From Planctomycetota bacterium (lineage in GTDB: Bacteria > Planctomycetota > UBA1135 > JACQFD01), in NCBI GenBank assembly GCA_046160785.1, contig JBJXHE010000008.1:3920-67919 (forward strand): a stretch of DNA of 64,000 nt. Direction: 5' to 3'. Below, in pieces: positions 1-9,649 of this stretch. Position 1 is the first letter of the stretch; each line of letters starts with the position of its first letter. The notes beneath the pieces were generated by a model. That model did no database searches. It had not been told where the DNA came from and saw only the letters and a program-made list of their open reading frames with translations. Both the position numbers and the translations under genes were made by a program.

Positions 1-1430
1 ATAGTCGTCCAGGACACGCCGTCCCACTTGTCGACTGCCGTTGTTACGGATGGCGCCAGAACGTTGCCTGACGCGCCGCCCGACATAATTAATGTTCCGT
101 CCGGCATAATTGTAGCAACGTGTCCCGCGCGCGCTGTTAACAAAGTTGGCACGCCCGCGAGCCATGCATTTGTTACCGGATCATAAATAGAAACAGCGGC
201 CTTCGCGTCGAGCGTTAATGTAGCAACGGAACCATTCGCTCCGCCCGAAACCATAATTTTTCCATCATTAAGTGTCGTCGTTGTGCAGAGCGCGCGCCCC
301 GTGCCCGTCGCATTTGCGATCGTCTGCCACGTATTTGTAGCAGGATTATAAATAGCGGCATTATTAGAAAATACGGGAATGCCGAGGAAAGAGCCCGCGC
401 CCATACATGCTAAAACTCTTCCGTTCGGTAGCGTTGCGGCGGACAATCCCGTTCTCTTCCATGGCATATTTGCAGTTTGAGTCCAAACTCCGTTCGACGG
501 ATCGTATATTTCACAAATATCCGTTGCACTATTAACAATTGCAAGCGCGGCGTCGAAAGGCGTTCCGCTCGCGTTCACGGCCGTCGATCCGCCGAGAACC
601 ATCACACGCCCATCATTTAATTTAACGATAGAATGAAAATAACGTTTTTGATTCATCGATCCCGTCGCCGAAAATGTATTCGATGTGGGATCATAAATTT
701 CGGTCGACGTCAGCGTATTGTTAAGATCATCGTTTCCGCCCGTTATGATAAATCTGCCGTCATTGAGAGCGAGGCCCTGGTGAAACGACCGTTCAATGCT
801 CAAATCAGGAATCGTCGGCGCCACCGAGAAAAATTGTAGTTGTCGATTAAATAATTCGTTTGATTTTAAGTAAGTTCCGCCCTGAAGCGCGCCGTCGTTT
901 CCGCCAAATATAACATGATCGCCATTTGTTAACTTGACACCCGGCATGAAAGCGCGCGCTCGCGTTGGATCACCAACTGTATCCACCGAGGCTCCGTGGC
1001 CGGGGGCTACTACAATAACAACATTGTTCGATAATGAATCTACAGTATACGGATTTCCATAAAGTGTGAACGCCTGTGCGTATACGTGAACGCCAATATA
1101 AGGCGCATAAATGTTAGGAAATTGAAATACAGGATTAACTGCGGGCAATATTCCAAATGAACCCGGATAAGAAAACATCGATAAATCTAAATCAAAATTC
1201 CGCGGGTCACCGTCGCCTAGAACAAGATTAATGGGAGTGGGTCCCGTCGTATCGGCAAGTGCGATTACCCAAAAATCACCGGGCTCACCGCCGGTAACTG
1301 TAAAGTTCCAATTCTCTCCGAGAATTCCGCCGGAGACGTCGAGCGTGAGTTGTTGACCGTTGGCGGGGTTGGCGGTTATCGCGAGCGCAGTCAAGAGCGC
1401 GGTCGCAGCGGAGAGATTTAGGAAGCGCAT
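1..1430 (-). CDS. Secreted Kelch-repeat beta-propeller protein (runs off the window at its 3' end)
   Basis: Absent from the ORF track because the window edge truncates it. Hand translation from ATG 1430 gives signal peptide MRFLNLSAATALLTALAITANPANGQ, then Kelch repeats (RSFHQGLALNDGRFIITGG..EIYDP; RYFHSIVKLNDGRVMVLGG..EIYDP; RAGHVATIMPDGTLIMSGG). Confidence 0.9.
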   Translation of the reverse strand, partial: MRFLNLSAATALLTALAITANPANGQQLTLDVSGGILGENWNFTVTGGEPGDFWVIALADTTGPTPINLVLGDGDPRNFDLDLSMFSYPGSFGILPAVNPVFQFPNIYAPYIGVHVYAQAFTLYGNPYTVDSLSNNVVIVVAPGHGASVDTVGDPTRARAFMPGVKLTNGDHVIFGGNDGALQGGTYLKSNELFNRQLQFFSVAPTIPDLSIERSFHQGLALNDGRFIITGGNDDLNNTLTSTEIYDPTSNTFSATGSMNQKRYFHSIVKLNDGRVMVLGGSTAVNASGTPFDAALAIVNSATDICEIYDPSNGVWTQTANMPWKRTGLSAATLPNGRVLACMGAGSFLGIPVFSNNAAIYNPATNTWQTIANATGTGRALCTTTTLNDGKIMVSGGANGSVATLTLDAKAAVSIYDPVTNAWLAGVPTLLTARAGHVATIMPDGTLIMSGGASGNVLAPSVTTAVDKWDGVSWTT

Positions 1431-1545
1431 GCGTTTCAACTCAATGGGGGTGATTTGGGACAGGTTTGTCACGTCGACACGATGGGATGTCGAGTTGTTA
1501 CGATTCATTCTGCCAGACGCCTCGCCTTCGCGCGACAAGCAACCT

Positions 1546-2355
1546 ATGAATTCACCGCCAACATTACCACTTCTTCCAAATGACACATTTCGCGGCAAGG
1601 TTGCAATTGTAACAGGCGGCGGAACAGGGCTCGGGCTCGAGATCTCACGCGCACTCGGGCGTCTCGGTGCAAAAGTTATTGTTATGAGCCGCAACGTTGA
1701 ACATCATAAAACGATTATGGACGACGGCGTGCGCGAGGGATTTTTTGTAGCATCGCGGGTGTTGGACGTGCGCGAACCCGACCGCGTCGCGGAAGCATTT
1801 CTCGAAGTTGTTAAGACGCACGGTCAAATTGATATATTAATGAACAACGCAGCTGGCAATTTTCTTTGCCCGGCAGAGAAACTCCGGGCGAAAGGCTGGC
1901 GGGCCGTAATTGATATCGCGCTGTCGGGTGCGTTTTATTGTGCACAAGCCGCAGGGCGCCATATGTTAAAACGCGGCGACGGCGTGATTGTTAATGTTAT
2001 CGCGACGTACGCGTGGAGCGGAATGCCCAATGTTATCCATTCCGCCGCTGCGAAAGCCGGGCTCTGGGCCGTCACGCGAACGTTAGCATCCGAATGGGGC
2101 GCGCGCGGAGTCAGAGTTGTAGCTATCGCGCCGGGGGCGTTTGATTCGCAGGGGGCCGAGCAGAATTTGTGGCCATCGGAAATCGAACACGAACGCATCC
2201 GCCGCGCGATTCCCGCCGGCCGATTTGCTACAACTTTCGAAGTCGCGCAGGCGGCCGCATTCTTAGCATCGCCGTGGGCCAGTTATATGAACGGCTGTTG
2301 TTTAACAATGGACGGCGGCCGCGAACTTCCGAAGGGGCTAGCGCGCGATTCGTAA
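1546..2355 (+). CDS. SDR oxidoreductase, 2,4-dienoyl-CoA reductase-like
   Basis: Motifs TGGGTGLG, NNAAGNF and HSAAAKAG (the Tyr-less form typical of the DECR subgroup). ATG 1546 chosen because the 1360 start overlaps the divergent Kelch gene. Confidence 0.88.
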   Translation: MNSPPTLPLLPNDTFRGKVAIVTGGGTGLGLEISRALGRLGAKVIVMSRNVEHHKTIMDDGVREGFFVASRVLDVREPDRVAEAFLEVVKTHGQIDILMNNAAGNFLCPAEKLRAKGWRAVIDIALSGAFYCAQAAGRHMLKRGDGVIVNVIATYAWSGMPNVIHSAAAKAGLWAVTRTLASEWGARGVRVVAIAPGAFDSQGAEQNLWPSEIEHERIRRAIPAGRFATTFEVAQAAAFLASPWASYMNGCCLTMDGGRELPKGLARDS

Positions 2356-5300
2356 TGTTTTGATTTCGTAGCCTCGGAGCTTCACGCGGCCTTGTGCGTG
2401 CGCCGGCGCGGGCCCAGGCCGCGGCGTGATTATTTGTAACGGTTCCGAGCACGGCTCTTCGAGGAAATTAACTGTTTGTATTTCGCGCACTGAAGAATGA
2501 GCCGGCGAATATATCAAAACATTGCCCTCCGCGAGATCCGCGCTTTCTTGATACAACCGCACGATCATATCATTTCCGTTCTCCGCACGCTTCAGAGCCG
2601 TCGGAATCGCGTCGGCGAGGCCGTCGAATGTTATCAAAGAGTCGCGTGCCGGAAGCGCGCCGCCCGTTCGATCGCCCACAAAACTATTGTGATGATTATG
2701 AAGAACGCGATGCGCCGCGGCCGGAATATTAAATTCCATCGCGGCGCGCGTGACGGCCGACGTTTTCGCGCCGGGCGTTAATGGTAATATTGAATACCGG
2801 ATGGTTTGAATATACTGATCGGGGCGCGGGTCGGGCTCGTACGACGAGCGCACGAGCGTCAATCGTAGTTCTCCGTCGTTTGTGCAGGAGTAGCCCCGTT
2901 TTGTATCATTAATAAACGCGGCTCCGCCTTCGGGGCCGAGCGCCCACGCCCAATTCAAACCCGCGACGTCCTCGCCGTCGGCCGGGCGAGCGACGCTCGC
3001 GAACGGAACTCCACAATTAAATGTAAAATTTGGTTTTTGTTGTGTTCCATCGGAATTCTTAGCAACCGGCGCCGCGACCGGAAACGCGACGCGAATCATC
3101 GGCGCGGGTTTTTCCGAAGTTCCGATTTCGTTCCAATCGAGCGTCGTTTCAAAGTCTAACGATCGTTTGCCTTCCTGAAGGCTAACGATCGTTTTTATCT
3201 TAGAGTTTTCGAATTGTAATTCTGTTTCGAATTGAATAATTGCGTTCGATCTTCGGACTTTGCCTTTTGTCGTTGCCGGCTCGCAAATCCTCACTTCGCT
3301 AATTTTCCCGGTCTCCCACGCGCTCATGCCGTGCGGGGCTTCCATGTGCGCCTCGATGCGGTTTCCGCGGCGTGCGGATGTTAATACTTCGCGATTGCCG
3401 TTTGACTTATCTATTAGACTCGTCACGTGCGCAGTTGCGCGGTCGACCGCCGCCTTCAAAAATTCATTTTCAAGAATGACGGTTGTATCATTTTCAACAA
3501 CATTAAGATTCGACGAAACGGATTCTGTGGAATCCGGCCAAACGACGCGATAGCTTTCGTAACCAAACGCCGGAATTCCTTTTGCAATAAAAGAGATATA
3601 TCCAATATTCGGACGATACGAATATTGACCGGCAAACGCCGAGCCCGGCGAAAGTTCTTCTGGATGCCAATCGAAAGTAAGTCGATTCCCATTGGAGTCG
3701 ACGACACGCGGCGTTCCTTTTTGTTGTTTTGGAATTTCGACGCGCACGTGGGCGTCGCGCTCCCAGCCAAGCGGATTCATAACAATAATTCCGTCGCCTT
3801 CACCCTTGTCTTCAACGCGATAGGCTAAGTGTCGAATCGCCGAACGTTGTATCCATTTCGCGCGTTCGATCACATCATTTAATTGCACGTGCGACAATTC
3901 ATAACTATCGTGAATCCCCGATCCGGGAAGTGTATCATGATGATGATTCCAGCAGACGGTTTCCCATGCGCGCGCGAGGTCCGCGGAAGGATACGGATAA
4001 TTCGAGCGCGACGCCATCGTTGCAAACGATTCGGCTTTTATCAATTCCGTCTCGGCGTAATGATTAAGACTTTTGATATCTCCGTGCGTTGTATAGCATC
4101 CGCGAAAAACGGGATTCAGCTCATCCTTAATAACCGGAAGTTTATCTAAATTCTTTTCTTTGCAAAGATCGAAGAACTTGCGCGCCGTGCTGAATTGTAC
4201 AGTTGGCCTTCCTTCCTTGTCCTTCCACGAAATTGCTTTTTCTATCATTTCACGCGTCGGCCCGCCGCCGTGGTTGCCGACGCCGTAGACCCAGATCAAA
4301 TCCTTGAGTCCGGTCTTCTCGTAGAAACTTAACAATTCACTGACGTTACTATTGACGATGTCAGAATTATACCACGACCCGCTCGCGGGTTCGTCGAACG
4401 TTAGCATGCGCGTCCCGTCGGGAGATTCCCACCAAAAGAGCGGAACGTTTTTTCCGCCGCGGCAAAAATAGTAGCTATCAATTCCGCCGAGTTTCATGAT
4501 TTGCGGCATCTGGATCGTGTGGCCAAACGTGTCGGGTTCCCATCCGACGGTTGCTATTTTCCCGAACGCCTTTTTGAAGTAACGCTGCCCATATAACAAA
4601 TGCCGCGCGTGCGATTCGCCCGAAATTAAGTTCGTATCGCCTTCGCACCAGCGCCCGCCCACAATTTCGAAGCGCCCTTCGGCCACGCGTTTTTTGATAG
4701 TTTCAAAAAGTCCGGAATACTGCTCTTCGATTTTTTGATATAAACCCGCGCTCGACTGCGAAAATGTAAATTCCGGATACTCATCCATAAATTTACAAAC
4801 CTGCTCAAACGTCGAACGCGAACAATCTAAACCTTCCGGCCATTCCCAGAGCCATTGCAGGTCGATGTGCGCGTGGCCGACGAGCTGCCCGCTGTATTTT
4901 TTCATCAGCGGATGCGCGTGATCTAAATGTTTTCTTTGTTTATGTAAAATATCATGATATTCCGCCTCCGTGCCTTTGAATTCGTCGGGGCTCGGCACGC
5001 TGTCGAGAGCCGTTTTTAGTTGTTTAACAATATCGCCTCGGTTTTCCGCCATCGCGAAGCGTTCGGCGAGGTCGATTTCCGTTTTTAACGATTCGCGGGC
5101 ATCGTAAAGAACTTGTTTTGCTTTCTTATCTTTAATGAGCGCGTCGAGTTCCGGGCCGATCTTAACTTTTTCGCGGGGGACGGAGACGCATAAGCAACTC
5201 TCGCTGTAACCATTTTTCCAATCGACGCGATTGACTTTGGGCTGCCCGTTGTCATAAAGAATAATCGCCGTGCCGTCGGCGCGCTCAATGGAAATATTAT

Positions 5301-5733
5301 CAATGAATTGTACAAATTCACCTTTTTCGTCGCCTTCGAAATGAACGATGAAATGTTGTGTTGTTAAATCGGCGAGAGTTGTCAAGTCAATTGTGCGCGC
5401 GAGCCACTTTCCCGACGCATTTGTTAAAATACTGTCGCCGTGCGCGCGGAGCCCTTTTTCGTCGGTGGCTCCCGAGTCGCGAAGGCTCTTTCCGCCCGAA
5501 AATAATATATCCATTCCGCCCTTCGCCGACGGGTTGGACGGCAACAGGAATAGTTCATATTTAAGCATGTCGCCAGCTTGAATCTTAATTTCCCGGTCGT
5601 GTATCTGTTGATAAAGATAAAAATTACCCCCGGGGTCGGAAAGATTCTTAGCAACTAAAAGTAAACACGTGTCGTCGTCGTGTGCGCTCGCGAGCGACAG
5701 AATGGACGAGAGGATAAGACTGGCGATCATCAT
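2338..5733 (-). CDS. Secreted GH38 alpha-mannosidase with an N-terminal beta-sandwich extension
   Basis: GHAHIDLQWLW (Zn-binding HxD), GWEPDTFGH (nucleophile Asp), YGVGNHGGGP, HHDTLPGS; signal peptide. Confidence 0.92.
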   Translation of the reverse strand: MMIASLILSSILSLASAHDDDTCLLLVAKNLSDPGGNFYLYQQIHDREIKIQAGDMLKYELFLLPSNPSAKGGMDILFSGGKSLRDSGATDEKGLRAHGDSILTNASGKWLARTIDLTTLADLTTQHFIVHFEGDEKGEFVQFIDNISIERADGTAIILYDNGQPKVNRVDWKNGYSESCLCVSVPREKVKIGPELDALIKDKKAKQVLYDARESLKTEIDLAERFAMAENRGDIVKQLKTALDSVPSPDEFKGTEAEYHDILHKQRKHLDHAHPLMKKYSGQLVGHAHIDLQWLWEWPEGLDCSRSTFEQVCKFMDEYPEFTFSQSSAGLYQKIEEQYSGLFETIKKRVAEGRFEIVGGRWCEGDTNLISGESHARHLLYGQRYFKKAFGKIATVGWEPDTFGHTIQMPQIMKLGGIDSYYFCRGGKNVPLFWWESPDGTRMLTFDEPASGSWYNSDIVNSNVSELLSFYEKTGLKDLIWVYGVGNHGGGPTREMIEKAISWKDKEGRPTVQFSTARKFFDLCKEKNLDKLPVIKDELNPVFRGCYTTHGDIKSLNHYAETELIKAESFATMASRSNYPYPSADLARAWETVCWNHHHDTLPGSGIHDSYELSHVQLNDVIERAKWIQRSAIRHLAYRVEDKGEGDGIIVMNPLGWERDAHVRVEIPKQQKGTPRVVDSNGNRLTFDWHPEELSPGSAFAGQYSYRPNIGYISFIAKGIPAFGYESYRVVWPDSTESVSSNLNVVENDTTVILENEFLKAAVDRATAHVTSLIDKSNGNREVLTSARRGNRIEAHMEAPHGMSAWETGKISEVRICEPATTKGKVRRSNAIIQFETELQFENSKIKTIVSLQEGKRSLDFETTLDWNEIGTSEKPAPMIRVAFPVAAPVAKNSDGTQQKPNFTFNCGVPFASVARPADGEDVAGLNWAWALGPEGGAAFINDTKRGYSCTNDGELRLTLVRSSYEPDPRPDQYIQTIRYSILPLTPGAKTSAVTRAAMEFNIPAAAHRVLHNHHNSFVGDRTGGALPARDSLITFDGLADAIPTALKRAENGNDMIVRLYQESADLAEGNVLIYSPAHSSVREIQTVNFLEEPCSEPLQIITPRPGPAPAHAQGRVKLRGYEIKTLRIAR

Positions 5734-5782
5734 TCATGGATTATGATCCAAGGCAAAGTCGCCGGCAAAGTGTAACTTTTGT

Positions 5783-8371
5783 TTATAACTTCTTTTCGCC
5801 GTTTCCCGGGCGAAGAATCGTTTCAAACTTTTCGCGGCCGGGGAGCTTTACTCGAATTGGTAATTCTTCTTTAATCATCCATTTTAGCGTCGGCGGCTGA
5901 TTCGCCTCGCCGTCGGCGAGCTCGACCTCTCCTTCGCGAAGCGGGACGCGCACGCGCCAGCCGCGGCCCGGAAGCGCGCGCGGTTCGATTGTTAACAATC
6001 CGTTATATTCACGATTGATACCAAAAAGTCCGTGGTACACGGCGCCGAAGAAACTTGAATTCCACAATTGCGGCGCGTTGCGCAAAGGTGCGCCCGTTTC
6101 GCCATCTAAACATTCGTGGGGCATCGCTTCGCCAGATTTAAACAAATCGTACTGCGCGACGTCACGCAAAATTGTTAATGCTTCAGCGCTTCTGCCGCTG
6201 TTAAACCGCGCCCACGCATCTGCATAATTGAGCCACGGCCAAACGCCTCCATTTAAATAATCGCCTTGGCGATAGTTAAAATTATCAGATCGATAGGGAT
6301 AGCTTTCGCGAAATCCCCACGGCCGGCGGTTCGGCAGCAATGCATCAAATATGGGTGAAATGCGGTCTTCGGGAACCACCGAAAACAAAATTCCAACAAT
6401 TTGATCTTCATTAACAATATTTTTACTAAAAAAGCTGGGGCGCGTCTCGGATTCTGTCTTCCACCGTTCCACATAATAACGCCCGTTCCAGAGACCGCCT
6501 TTTTCGAGCGGCGAATGGATGGTTTGTTTTGCGAGCGCGAACCGCTCGGCCACTTCCTTTTGAATAGTAACATTATCATTTCCGGATTTCATGGCAGCCA
6601 TGATCTCGGAGAACGCCGCAAGATACAAAAAACACGCGTGCGGCGAATACTTACGATCGCGCATCGCGGGCGCGTCTTTCCAATCATACCAATTCGACGC
6701 GGCGTCGGGGATTCCGTCGCCGTCTCGGTCGCGGGAACTTAACCAAACGGCGGCTCCTTTTAGGTTTGCGGCGATTTGAGATAAGAACGCCTGGTCGAAA
6801 TGAAATTTAGCATAGCGAAACGCGCGCAGCATCGCGTACGCATTTGTATCAATGTCATCTTCGCGGTCGTGTTTCGGAAGGATGCTCGTCGGAATCTTAC
6901 CATTCGGGTTCTGTTCTGTAAAAATCTCCTCGATCATTCGTTTCTCAAGGTCGGGAAATAATATATTATGTAGAAACGAACCCCAGTAGCCGTCGCGCTG
7001 CGTCATTTCCGCGTAGCCCATGACCGCGACGGTTCCATTGGTTGAAACTTTTGTTAATTGAACCGCGGAAGCGCAATACCAGCGCAGCGCTTCGTCGATG
7101 ACGGCATCGCCTGTCCGCGGCATCCACGAATCAATCAAAAGCGTATTGTTATAAGCGTTTTTGAATTGTGATAAACCTTCCAGGGCAAGTGTGCGGGAGT
7201 CGGGCCAGTTGCCGGTGTCTTGCGCCGCGAAACTCGCGCGCGGCGATTGCGCGAAACAAAATTTAACAATTCGCTCCTGCCCCGCGGGTACGATCGCGCG
7301 GCACGACCACAATTTAACAATATCGCCCTCGAACCGCGACGGCGCCGCGTCGCTGCGGACGGAAAAACGATCATTATCAAATCCGCAATAGGATATTCCG
7401 TTGACTTCATCGGCGACGACGTTGCGGCTGTCGCCGCCGACTACAAATCTCCAGACCAATTCAACATTTCTTTCCCGCTCGGATTGATTACGAATTGTTA
7501 TCTGTGCAAATCCGATGGGAAGTGCCGGCCAATACGGCTCGCTCGCGCGCGCTACCGGGCAGAACGTCTCCATATCAAAAAAAACGTTGGGAATTTTTGT
7601 AGTATGATATCGCGCCGACGCAAATGGCCACAGCCGGTTTGGTTTATTTACAATTGCATCAACACTTTTGACTTCTGTTTCGCCCTCGCGAAATGCAAGG
7701 CTTCCGAGCGCTGCTTCACTGAGCCACGCGCCCGCAATCGTTGGATTTGTCCAGATGCGAGCGGGAAATTCGCCGTCGGCCGCGAGCTCCATCGCGAATG
7801 CAAAATTAGTTGTAGGAAACCCCGTGGGCTTGCGCGTCCGGAATTGAATATATTCGCCGACGGAAGGCCCGATCAGCAATCGATGCATTCCGCCGCGCAT
7901 GCCGCCGTCGCCGTTTTCATCAAATACGCGGACGGCGATTTGATTGATCCCTTCTTTTAGTAAGTTGGCCGGAATTGGATAATAACGATTCTTAGTCCAC
8001 GCCGTTTCCGCCTCGGGTGGAAACTTTCCGGTGCCGCCCGCACGAACATTATTAATAAATACTTCGTCGATATCATCAATAACGCCGAGTTCAAGAATCG
8101 CGGCGCCGGCGGGCAAACGCTTCAATTCAAATTGTTTCCGGTACCACGCGTATCCGTCAATTCCGTCGAATCCTTGCAATTCCCATCCGCGGTTCACTTC
8201 AATTTCTTTCCAATCGTTATCATTAAAATCAGGCTTCTCAAAACCGCGCGATGTGCCTTCGTTTTTTGGATCGGGCGCAAAACGCCAAACCCCGCCGAGG
8301 TCAATAATGTCATTGGAAGATTGGGGGGCCGGAGCCGCCAGAAAAAGGGACGCGACGAATGAGATAAACAC
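5783..8371 (-). CDS. Secreted glycoside hydrolase: N-terminal galactose-binding-like domain plus (alpha/alpha)6 catalytic domain
   Basis: N-terminal DLGGVWRF..GYAWYRKQF..LGVIDDIDEVFIN. C-terminal QRDGYW, DRDGDGIPD, WYDW, YLNGGVWPW, ECLDGETG, QLWNSS resemble six-hairpin glycosidases. Family uncertain. Confidence 0.75.
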   Translation of the reverse strand: MFISFVASLFLAAPAPQSSNDIIDLGGVWRFAPDPKNEGTSRGFEKPDFNDNDWKEIEVNRGWELQGFDGIDGYAWYRKQFELKRLPAGAAILELGVIDDIDEVFINNVRAGGTGKFPPEAETAWTKNRYYPIPANLLKEGINQIAVRVFDENGDGGMRGGMHRLLIGPSVGEYIQFRTRKPTGFPTTNFAFAMELAADGEFPARIWTNPTIAGAWLSEAALGSLAFREGETEVKSVDAIVNKPNRLWPFASARYHTTKIPNVFFDMETFCPVARASEPYWPALPIGFAQITIRNQSERERNVELVWRFVVGGDSRNVVADEVNGISYCGFDNDRFSVRSDAAPSRFEGDIVKLWSCRAIVPAGQERIVKFCFAQSPRASFAAQDTGNWPDSRTLALEGLSQFKNAYNNTLLIDSWMPRTGDAVIDEALRWYCASAVQLTKVSTNGTVAVMGYAEMTQRDGYWGSFLHNILFPDLEKRMIEEIFTEQNPNGKIPTSILPKHDREDDIDTNAYAMLRAFRYAKFHFDQAFLSQIAANLKGAAVWLSSRDRDGDGIPDAASNWYDWKDAPAMRDRKYSPHACFLYLAAFSEIMAAMKSGNDNVTIQKEVAERFALAKQTIHSPLEKGGLWNGRYYVERWKTESETRPSFFSKNIVNEDQIVGILFSVVPEDRISPIFDALLPNRRPWGFRESYPYRSDNFNYRQGDYLNGGVWPWLNYADAWARFNSGRSAEALTILRDVAQYDLFKSGEAMPHECLDGETGAPLRNAPQLWNSSFFGAVYHGLFGINREYNGLLTIEPRALPGRGWRVRVPLREGEVELADGEANQPPTLKWMIKEELPIRVKLPGREKFETILRPGNGEKKL

Positions 8372-8513
8372 CGTGCTAATCTTACGATCTCGCGCCGCAC
8401 ATGGATCGCGCCAGTTGCTTTAATGCGTCAATTCTGTCGCAGACACCCAACTTTCTTAACACTTGTTCGTACCGATGGTTCGACCCGGATACCTCGAATT
8501 GACTACCAGACTC

Positions 8514-9635
8514 ATGACTCGATTGACTAATAAAGTACCGTTCAAACCCCGGAATCTATTACTGATTTATTGTTGTATTTTATTAACGATCGGCGTGGGA
8601 TGCAACAAATCCGGCGAGACGGCGCCATCGGCTCCGGCCGTCGAGCCGCAAGCAACAAAAGAGCAAATGCCTGCGTCGGTGCCGGCCCAGGATCTTACAA
8701 ATAGCGAGGCGCCGCCGCAATCACAATTAGCGCCGTCGCGGGCCGCTGCGGAGCTTGCAGAATTATATTCGGACATACAAGCTAACATTCCACCAGGTGC
8801 TGGACCGGGTAATGACAAGGCGGCGAACGCTTACTTATTCTCGAATCTTGGCAGAATTAATGAATTCATTAAAAAACATGAGGGAATGGAAGAAGCCTCT
8901 TTTGCAAGATTGTTACGTGCCTCGGCGTGGACGGCCGGCGGCGCGAAAAAAGAAGCAATCGAAGATATTGAATATATTCTTCAGGTGACGCGCGACATCG
9001 CGGCCACCGATGAGAAGCGAATGTGGCTGCGCATGGATAGTTTACAATTGTACGCTCAACTCAATCCCGCTGCAACGCGAACCGCGCTTGACCCGATCCT
9101 AAAAGCAAACAATAAATTCAGCCGGCGCGCGCTCAAATTAGTAAGATTGGCGAATGCCGCTGAGTTGTTGAAACTCGATAGTCCGATGCTTGCGTTTCAG
9201 TGTGCTTCCGTCGATGGAACGGCCATTACAAATGATATATTTCAAGGGAAGGCCTATTTCATTTACTTTTGGACGAGCGTTTCCAGCGCGTCGCTCGATC
9301 CCATCGCGTCGTTGCGAAAACTTCATCTTAAATATAAAGATTCCGGATTTGAGATCGTAAACGTTTGTTTTGATACAAATGAAATTCGGTCGGTTCCGGG
9401 GTACGGCGAGCCGCTCGGCCTCGGCGTGGAAGCCGTCAAGACGTTTGTTAAGAAATCGAAAATGCCCGGGATCTCCGTTTATGAACCGCGCGGCCTTGAA
9501 AGCGATCTCGCGGAGATGTTTTGTATTGATGCTATTCCTGCGGCCATTCTCGTCGACAAGAATGGTAAGATTCGCCAGCTCGGCTACGACGGCGCCGCGC
9601 TCGCGAAGAATCTTAAAGATATTTTCGGAAAGTAG
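8514..9635 (+). CDS. Lipoprotein with a C-terminal TlpA/thioredoxin-fold domain lacking CXXC
   Basis: Lipobox LTIGVGC; GKAYFIYFWTSVSSAS, GFEIVNV, IDAIPAAILVDKNGKIR. Confidence 0.75.
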   Translation: MTRLTNKVPFKPRNLLLIYCCILLTIGVGCNKSGETAPSAPAVEPQATKEQMPASVPAQDLTNSEAPPQSQLAPSRAAAELAELYSDIQANIPPGAGPGNDKAANAYLFSNLGRINEFIKKHEGMEEASFARLLRASAWTAGGAKKEAIEDIEYILQVTRDIAATDEKRMWLRMDSLQLYAQLNPAATRTALDPILKANNKFSRRALKLVRLANAAELLKLDSPMLAFQCASVDGTAITNDIFQGKAYFIYFWTSVSSASLDPIASLRKLHLKYKDSGFEIVNVCFDTNEIRSVPGYGEPLGLGVEAVKTFVKKSKMPGISVYEPRGLESDLAEMFCIDAIPAAILVDKNGKIRQLGYDGAALAKNLKDIFGK

Positions 9636-9649
9636 TCTATTTGTAGTTT

